DNA of 64,000 nucleotides, taken from assembly GCA_963422395.1 (NCBI GenBank), contig OY729431.1, positions 1,536,001 to 1,600,000 of the forward strand, given 5' to 3'. Each line of letters begins with the position of its first letter. Positions within the stretch are counted from its first letter, which is position 1. Of the stretch, positions 58,403 to 64,000 are shown piece after piece. This DNA comes from Vicinamibacteria bacterium. GTDB taxonomy: Bacteria; Acidobacteriota; Vicinamibacteria; Marinacidobacterales; Marinacidobacteraceae. The notes below the pieces were generated by a model. That model ran no database searches, was not told the DNA's origin, and worked only from the letters and a program-made list of their open reading frames with translations. Made by a program: the position numbers and the translations under genes.

Positions 58403-58477
58403 GGGCGATTAACTCAGCGGGAGAGTGCTACCTTCACGCGGTAGAAGTCGCAGGTTCGAATCCTGCATCGCCCACCA
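58403..58477 (+). tRNA. tRNA-Val (anticodon CAC)
   Basis: Acceptor GGGCGAT/ATCGCCC-ACCA, anticodon stem CTACC/GGTAG with loop TTCACGC, T-loop GGTTCGAATCC. Confidence 0.97.
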
Positions 58478-58514
58478 TCGCTGCCGATCCGAAGAAACCC
58501 GGCGGGAGGATCGA

Positions 58515-59324
58515 TCAGGGCAAAAAGCCCGCCAGATACCGGCCCCAGGCCGGAGCGAGCGCTGCCTTGAGGATTCCGTCGGCGAGCAGCATGCCTCCCG
58601 CCGCCCAGAGCAGCCGGCCGCGGCCCGGCTGGAGTGGTACTTCGACCTTCCCCAGGCGGCGAACGAGCGGCTCGGCGGTGACCACTCCGAGGATCACGAA
58701 GGCCGCCACCCGGCAGAGGGACCACGGGAACCACGCGAGCACTGCGGGGACACCGCTCGAAGCCGCGGCGAAGGAGGCGACGAAGAAGTTCATGAAGTTC
58801 ATCATCACGGCCCCCATCAGCAGTGCGAGTGCCCCGCCGCTCACCAGAGAGAGTGGCAAGAACAGCGCCAGCCGCTGCAGGTGGATCGGCAAGAAGAGCC
58901 GCAGGTCCCCTTCCGCGCCCTCGCCGGTCATGAGCCAAGCCATCATTTCGCTCCGGTAATCCGTCCCGCGCAGGACCGCCGCTTCCGCCGCTTCGGGAGC
59001 GAACGCCATCACGACCGGCCCGAAAACCATCACCGCGAGGGTCCAACCCAGCATCAGACCGAGCGCCTGCCGCCGCTCCCCTTCCCGGAGATAGTTCCAA
59101 AGCGCCCGGATGGCCGGCCCGGCGATCAGAAACGGAAGGAGCCAACGCGCAAAGCCGAACCCGAACGACGCCAGCCAGAACCCGAAGGCGTAACCGAACG
59201 GCACGCCGCCGATCAGCAGCAGCAGATCGCGCCGGAACGCCAAGCCGATTCTCCTGTCCGCGAAAGAGGACCCGGCGGCGCCCAGATGGTCAGCGGCCTT
59301 CCCGACTCTTTCGCGCCCGGTCAT
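58515..59324 (-). CDS. Hypothetical polytopic membrane protein
   Basis: Several TM helices; ATGA overlap with the PIN gene stop. Confidence 0.7.
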   Translation of the reverse strand: MTGRERVGKAADHLGAAGSSFADRRIGLAFRRDLLLLIGGVPFGYAFGFWLASFGFGFARWLLPFLIAGPAIRALWNYLREGERRQALGLMLGWTLAVMVFGPVVMAFAPEAAEAAVLRGTDYRSEMMAWLMTGEGAEGDLRLFLPIHLQRLALFLPLSLVSGGALALLMGAVMMNFMNFFVASFAAASSGVPAVLAWFPWSLCRVAAFVILGVVTAEPLVRRLGKVEVPLQPGRGRLLWAAGGMLLADGILKAALAPAWGRYLAGFLP

Positions 59325-59824
59325 CGCCGCTTCCGGCCTGCTTCCATGAGTTCGGGGCAGAGAAATTCCAGGCGGATCCCGTGCCTTTCCAGGTCATGCC
59401 GATGATTCCACCAGTCGGTGTCCGAAGCATTCAGGATCGGGGGGTTTTCTCCACTCGCAACGGCCACCGCGACGAACTTCCGATCATCGCGGTCGAAAGC
59501 CGCCAGCGCCTCGTCCTCGGGGAATTCTGCGAAGGTTCGCGCGTCATGCGGTTCGATCTCGAACATGACACAGAGGTCGGAGTAGCTCTGATGATCCCAC
59601 AGCCATCTGAAGAACTCGTGGCCGGGCCCCGGCTCTGCCGACCAGTTCCTCCGGTCGAGATATTCCTCGAATATGTACCCGCCCCGGTCGAGTGCGACCC
59701 TTTCCTCTTTCCGGATCTTCTGCATCCGTTCGATGCACCGGATGACACAGTCCGGACCGGCCTGATCAGCGCAACGGTTCGCCACCCGGGCCACATTGGT
59801 ATCCATGACCACGAGCGGCTTCAC
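59321..59824 (-). CDS. PIN-domain ribonuclease-like protein
   Basis: Acidic PIN pattern: VVMDTNV, FEEY, DRDDRKFVAVA, NASDTDW. Confidence 0.72.
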   Translation of the reverse strand: MKPLVVMDTNVARVANRCADQAGPDCVIRCIERMQKIRKEERVALDRGGYIFEEYLDRRNWSAEPGPGHEFFRWLWDHQSYSDLCVMFEIEPHDARTFAEFPEDEALAAFDRDDRKFVAVAVASGENPPILNASDTDWWNHRHDLERHGIRLEFLCPELMEAGRKRR

Positions 59825-61194
59825 TGTGGCATCGCCTTCCGCCTCTGCTGACCAGCGAGCGCCGTCGCGGCGATCTCGCCGAACGAATCACCGAAGAAGT
59901 CGGTCGGCCAGTTTCGGATGCGTCCGAACCCATCGAGTTCGAGCGGCGTGATCCGAGACCCCTGATCATCGTTCTCGCAGAAGAAGAGGCCGATGTCTTC
60001 CGCGCCGCATTCGGAGTCCGGCTCGGCGACCCGGCGCTGCAGGCGGCGCAGGAGATGTTCGCTGTGGCTCTCGAGCAGAATCTGGACTCTGCGCCTCTTC
60101 CAGACGTCGATGAGGACGTCGGCGAGCCCCGACTGCACTGCCGGGTGCAGGTGGATCTCCGGTTGTTCGAGGATCACCGTCGAACCTTTCGGTACATAGA
60201 AACAGAGGACCAGAACCGGCAGGATCTGCGACACCCCGAACCCGACATCGGTGATGAGCGCTTCCTCGGCGCCGGGTGTCTTGCGGACTTTCACTTCGAA
60301 GATCTGGCTGCCCTCGCCGACCGCTCCGATCCGGAAGTCGTGAATCAGGCCTAGCTTCCGAAGCCACTTCGCGATATACACATCGAGGTCCAGCCTTTTC
60401 TTCCGGTGGCCCGGGGAGATCTTCGCCTCGCGCTGGCGGGCGGCTAGCAGCGCAGCGACGACGGATTCGCCTGCCCGACCCATGTCGAACGGATCGGCAC
60501 CGGCCCAGATATAGCGGCGACGGGGTTGGGCGCGGAGGGGCCCGAGGTAGAAAACGCTCCTCAGCCGGTGCTTCAGCGTCAGTTCCAGGTCGGCGAGGAA
60601 CCTGGCGTTCTGGAAGGAGGCGTGGATCTGATCCGGGAAGCCGTAATTGCTCACTGGTTCGAGGCGCCACGGACGGCCCCGATTGTGCTTGAACTGGAAA
60701 TCCGTACCTTCGCTGAACAGCTCGTAGTCGCGCTTTTTGTTCTCGTCCACCCTCCGCATTCCGAATCGCGCCCCGCCGACGCGGTAGGACATTTCCCGAA
60801 CCCGCGCCCGCGCGGTTCCGTCGTCCTCGCTCCGATCGACGACGACGGAAAACCCGAGCCGGGAGTCCGAGATCACGGCCCCGCCCGCACGGCTCATGTC
60901 AGGCACTTCGAACGGCTTTTCCAAGTCCCAATCGAGCGAGATTTCCATATGGGAGGCGCCCCGGTACACGGCGCTGCGGAAATCCCCCAGATCGGCCGGC
61001 GTCGTGTGGTCGCCGAAGTGGAACACGAGGCTGCGGTCCGGGGACTCCGAAGTCTGTTTCATCAGCAACAGGGCCTGCAGCAGGCTGGTCTTGCCGGAGC
61101 TGTTGGCGCCGAAGAAGCCGGTGATCGGATGCAGTGGGAGATCGCCCGTGTCGGGCCACGGCTTGAAGTTCCGCAGACGGAGCCGAGTCAACAT
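59821..61194 (-). CDS. ABC-superfamily (AAA_21-like) ATPase with DUF3696-like C-terminus
   Basis: LRLRNFK, GANSSGKT, YLGPLR, DVGFGVSQ, ILEQPEIHLHP, ESHSEH, GRIRNWPTDFF; GAGGA RBS. Confidence 0.85.
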   Translation of the reverse strand: MLTRLRLRNFKPWPDTGDLPLHPITGFFGANSSGKTSLLQALLLMKQTSESPDRSLVFHFGDHTTPADLGDFRSAVYRGASHMEISLDWDLEKPFEVPDMSRAGGAVISDSRLGFSVVVDRSEDDGTARARVREMSYRVGGARFGMRRVDENKKRDYELFSEGTDFQFKHNRGRPWRLEPVSNYGFPDQIHASFQNARFLADLELTLKHRLRSVFYLGPLRAQPRRRYIWAGADPFDMGRAGESVVAALLAARQREAKISPGHRKKRLDLDVYIAKWLRKLGLIHDFRIGAVGEGSQIFEVKVRKTPGAEEALITDVGFGVSQILPVLVLCFYVPKGSTVILEQPEIHLHPAVQSGLADVLIDVWKRRRVQILLESHSEHLLRRLQRRVAEPDSECGAEDIGLFFCENDDQGSRITPLELDGFGRIRNWPTDFFGDSFGEIAATALAGQQRRKAMPQ

Positions 61195-61286
61195 CGGGTC
61201 GGTTCCTCGGGATGCCGATGCATGCCGGCAGCGGGCCGCTCCGGCGGCTTCGGGAGGAAGCCGGAGTGTATTCGGCCGCGGTCCGT

Positions 61287-62519
61287 TCAGGCCTGTTTCA
61301 ATTCCAGCAACACGCCTCCGGCGCTCGCGGGGTGGATGAAGGCGACCAGGTGGCCGCCGGCGCCCCGGCGCGGCGCGCGGTCCACGAGCCGGACGCCTCG
61401 CGCTGCCAGCGCTCCGAGCGTCCGGTGGATGTCCTCCACCTCGAAGCAGAGATGGTGGAGTCCTTCTCCGCGCCGCGAGAGGAACCGTGCCACCGGCCCT
61501 TCCGGCGCGGTGGGCTCGACCAGCTCGATCAGCCCGCCGGAATCCCTTCCGGCCTCCAGAAAAAGCGCCAGCACTCCGAATTCGTCCACCCGGTAGCGGG
61601 CCTGTTCCCGGAGAGCGAGCAGCTCCTGCCAGACGCTCGCCGACGCCTGCGCGTCCTTCACCGCGATGCCGACATGGTGGAGGCGGATCGCTCCTCCGCC
61701 GAGGGCGGCTTTCGCTGCACTCGAGACCGCAGCGGCTCCGCACGCAGAACTCTCGGGGAGAGAGGCGATCGCTGGAACTTCGGCGGTCGCCAGACTGCGC
61801 TCCAACGCCCCGAGGAGATCCGGAACGCCCGTTCCGGTTTTCGCCGAAGCGAGCATCACCGGCCCCTCACGGAAGGAGCGGAACGCGGCCGCCATCGCTT
61901 CGGCCCCCGGTCGGTCCGCCTGATTCACCACCAGGAAATCAGCCACCTCGAAGAGGCCGGCTTTCGCCGCCTGGACGGAATCGCCGAGGCCGGGGGCCAC
62001 TGCCGCCACCGTCCGATCGGCGATCCGGGTGACCTGGTGGTCCCCCTGCCCCACTCCCGCGGTTTCCAGCAGGATCCGCTCGAAACCAGCGGCGGCCAGC
62101 AGGCGGAGCACCAAGGGGACTCCGGGGGCGATGCCGCCGGCGCCGCCGCGGGCCGCCATGCTGCGAAAGAAGACCGCGCCGTCATCGGCAGGAAGCCGAA
62201 CCCGGTCTCCCAGGAGCGCTCCTCCGGTCCTCGGACTCGTGGGGTCCACGGCGAGCACTCCGACCGGGCGCCCCTCGCCGGACAGCAGCGCCGCCAGCCG
62301 GCTCGCGAGCAGGCTCTTGCCGACCCCCGGCGGCCCGGTGATGCCGATCACCCGGGCACGCTTCGGCCAGACGAGCCCCCGAGCCTCCCGCCGCGCATCG
62401 ATGTCGCCGGCTTCCACCCGGCTGATGGCCCGCGCCAGGGCGCGGCGCCTGCTGGTTTCGGTTCGGCCGGAAAGCGCGGCGATTCCCTCTGCTTCCGCCG
62501 AGGGCCCCGGCTCCCGCAC
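61287..62519 (-). CDS. MeaB/ArgK GTPase fused to methylmalonyl-CoA epimerase
   Basis: GPPGVGKS, AVDPTSP..GGALLGDR, ETAGVGQ, KAGLFE; then HHVGIAV, IELVEP, GEGLHHLCFEV, FIHP..GGVLLEL. Confidence 0.85.
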   Translation of the reverse strand: MREPGPSAEAEGIAALSGRTETSRRRALARAISRVEAGDIDARREARGLVWPKRARVIGITGPPGVGKSLLASRLAALLSGEGRPVGVLAVDPTSPRTGGALLGDRVRLPADDGAVFFRSMAARGGAGGIAPGVPLVLRLLAAAGFERILLETAGVGQGDHQVTRIADRTVAAVAPGLGDSVQAAKAGLFEVADFLVVNQADRPGAEAMAAAFRSFREGPVMLASAKTGTGVPDLLGALERSLATAEVPAIASLPESSACGAAAVSSAAKAALGGGAIRLHHVGIAVKDAQASASVWQELLALREQARYRVDEFGVLALFLEAGRDSGGLIELVEPTAPEGPVARFLSRRGEGLHHLCFEVEDIHRTLGALAARGVRLVDRAPRRGAGGHLVAFIHPASAGGVLLELKQA

Positions 62520-62528
62520 CGGTCGGAG

Positions 62529-63695
62529 TCAGGCGCCGATCCGCCCGAGAATCCCCCGGGCGATGATCAGCCGCTGGATCTCCGAGGTCCCCTCGCCGAT
62601 GGTCATGAGCTTCGCGTCCCGCAGATACCGCTCCACCGGAAAGGACCGGGTATAGCCGTAGCCGCCGAGGATCTGCACCGCGCGATTCGTAACTCGGACC
62701 GCGGTTTCACTCGAGTACAACTTGGCGATCGCCGATTCCACGGTCGTGACGCGCCCCGCATCCTTGAGGGCGGCGGCTCGCTGGATCAGCAGCCGGGACG
62801 CCTCGATCTCCACCTTCGAATCCGCGAGCGGGAATCGGACCCCCTGGAAGTCGGCGATCGGCCGATCGAACTGCCGCCGCTCCCGCGCGTAGGCCGCGGC
62901 ACAATCGAAGGCGGCGCCGGCGATGCCGAGAGAGAGCGCGGCGATGCTGATCCGGCCGCCGTCGAGAACCTTCATCGCTCCCGCGAAACCGGTGCCCGGC
63001 TCACCGAGCAGGTTTTCCGCCGGCACCCGGCAGTCTTCGAAGACCATCTCGGAGGTGTCCGAAGCCCGGTGGCCGAGCTTCCTTTCCTTGCGTCCGGCGC
63101 GGAAACCGGGAGTCCCACGCTCGACGATGAACGCCGAGATTCCGTGGGTGCGGAGCTCTGGTTCCGTGGAGGCCATACAGATCGCGATGTCCGCCTCGGA
63201 ACCGTTGGTGGTGAAGGTCTTGCTCCCGTTGAGGATCCAGCAGGCGCCGTCCCGGACCGCAGTCGTCCGAGTACCTCCGGCGTCACTCCCGGCGCCGGGT
63301 TCGGTGAGGCTCCAGGCCCCGAGCGCCTTTCCCGAGGCCAGCGGAATCAGGTAGCGGGCCTTCTGCGCTTCGGTCCCCTGCTCATAGATGTGGTTGGCGG
63401 CCAGGGACACATGCGCGGCCACGGTGATCGCTACCGAGGCGTCGGCGCGCGCGAGTTCCTCGATCAGCACCGCATAGTCGGCGTAACCGAAACCGGCGCC
63501 TCCGTAGCGGTCGGGGAAGATGGGGCCGAGAAAGCCGAGGGTGCCGAGTTTTTCGATGGCCTCCCGCGGGAAACGTTCCTCTTCGTCCCAGGCCGCAGCG
63601 TGGGGAAGGATCTCCTGAGCGGCGAATTCGCGGACGGTGCGCCGGATCTCCGACGAGGCGCCTCGGTCTCCGAGCGGGGGAAGTGGGTCCGGCAA
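62529..63695 (-). CDS. Acyl-CoA dehydrogenase
   Basis: [49 protein letters not shown]. Confidence 0.93.
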   Translation of the reverse strand: MPDPLPPLGDRGASSEIRRTVREFAAQEILPHAAAWDEEERFPREAIEKLGTLGFLGPIFPDRYGGAGFGYADYAVLIEELARADASVAITVAAHVSLAANHIYEQGTEAQKARYLIPLASGKALGAWSLTEPGAGSDAGGTRTTAVRDGACWILNGSKTFTTNGSEADIAICMASTEPELRTHGISAFIVERGTPGFRAGRKERKLGHRASDTSEMVFEDCRVPAENLLGEPGTGFAGAMKVLDGGRISIAALSLGIAGAAFDCAAAYARERRQFDRPIADFQGVRFPLADSKVEIEASRLLIQRAAALKDAGRVTTVESAIAKLYSSETAVRVTNRAVQILGGYGYTRSFPVERYLRDAKLMTIGEGTSEIQRLIIARGILGRIGA

Positions 63696-63716
63696 AGGTG
63701 CGATTCTAGCCGGGCG

Positions 63717-64000
63717 TCACCGCTCCGCTGCGATCTCGAACGGCAGGCGGTTCACCGCCAGGCGGCCGTTGGAAACCACTGCCACCACATCCTGGATCGC
63801 CGCGATCTGGGCGAGCGGGTCTTCGGCGACCACGATCAGATCCGCCTCCAGCCCCGGTTCGACGGCACCGGCCGCATCGGAGATTCCTAAAAGCTCTGCG
63901 GTGTAGAGGGTCGCGCCCCGGATCGCCTCGATCGGCGAAAAGCCCAGTTCCACGAAGCTCGCCACCTCGACCCCGATGCGGCTGACGCTCTCCGGGCCGT
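63717..64000 (-). CDS. Amidohydrolase family protein, C-terminal part (starts beyond the window)
   Basis: GFSPIEAIRGAT..AELLG....GAVEPGLEADLIVVAEDPL. Confidence 0.8.
   Translation of the reverse strand, partial: GPESVSRIGVEVASFVELGFSPIEAIRGATLYTAELLGISDAAGAVEPGLEADLIVVAEDPLAQIAAIQDVVAVVSNGRLAVNRLPFEIAAER

Noticed and set aside
58403-61286. tRNA-integrated island or prophage
   Set aside because: No integrase and no duplicated tRNA 3' end downstream; the ATCGCCCACC match near 9879 is inside a CDS and coincidental
123-63890. Many long overlapping or antisense ORFs (e.g. 34735-37785, 39088-41649, 61212-63890)
   Set aside because: Arg/Pro/Gly-rich shadow frames expected in high-GC DNA; each overlaps a recognisable gene
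1-64000. CRISPR array or cas genes
   Set aside because: No regularly spaced direct repeats or cas motifs seen

Overview
High-GC bacterial chromosome segment. The gene families (Acidobacteria-type VWA proteins, DUF4159 operon, pilin and efflux-adaptor types) suggest Acidobacteriota, which is an inference. About 53 protein genes and one tRNA-Val(CAC) are supported. Contents: a DUF4159/VWA/caspase-fold/TPR operon, two type IV pilus clusters (pilT-pilC-pilA-ABC-pilD and pilV-pilX-pilY1-pilW), split tat genes, nnr-tsaE, a TPAT-type TRAP transporter, tandem Ig/LVIVD paralogs, a kinase-PLP enzyme catabolic operon, ctpA, a ubiE/menG-type methylase and a MeaB-epimerase fusion. Most notable: (1) a translationally coupled ABC-type ATPase (DUF3696-like) plus PIN-nuclease cassette near the tRNA, a candidate defence or toxin system; (2) a family of small non-autonomous elements with CAG(T/C)CTGTGG ends at (C)TAG sites, one inserted in-frame in a signal-peptide coding sequence and one whose transposase frame reads through into a degenerate sulfatase; (3) an internally deleted IS481 with its 6-bp target duplication; (4) many probable leaderless promoters. 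No CRISPR array, rRNA or prophage seen. All family calls come from motif recognition by eye, not from database searches.
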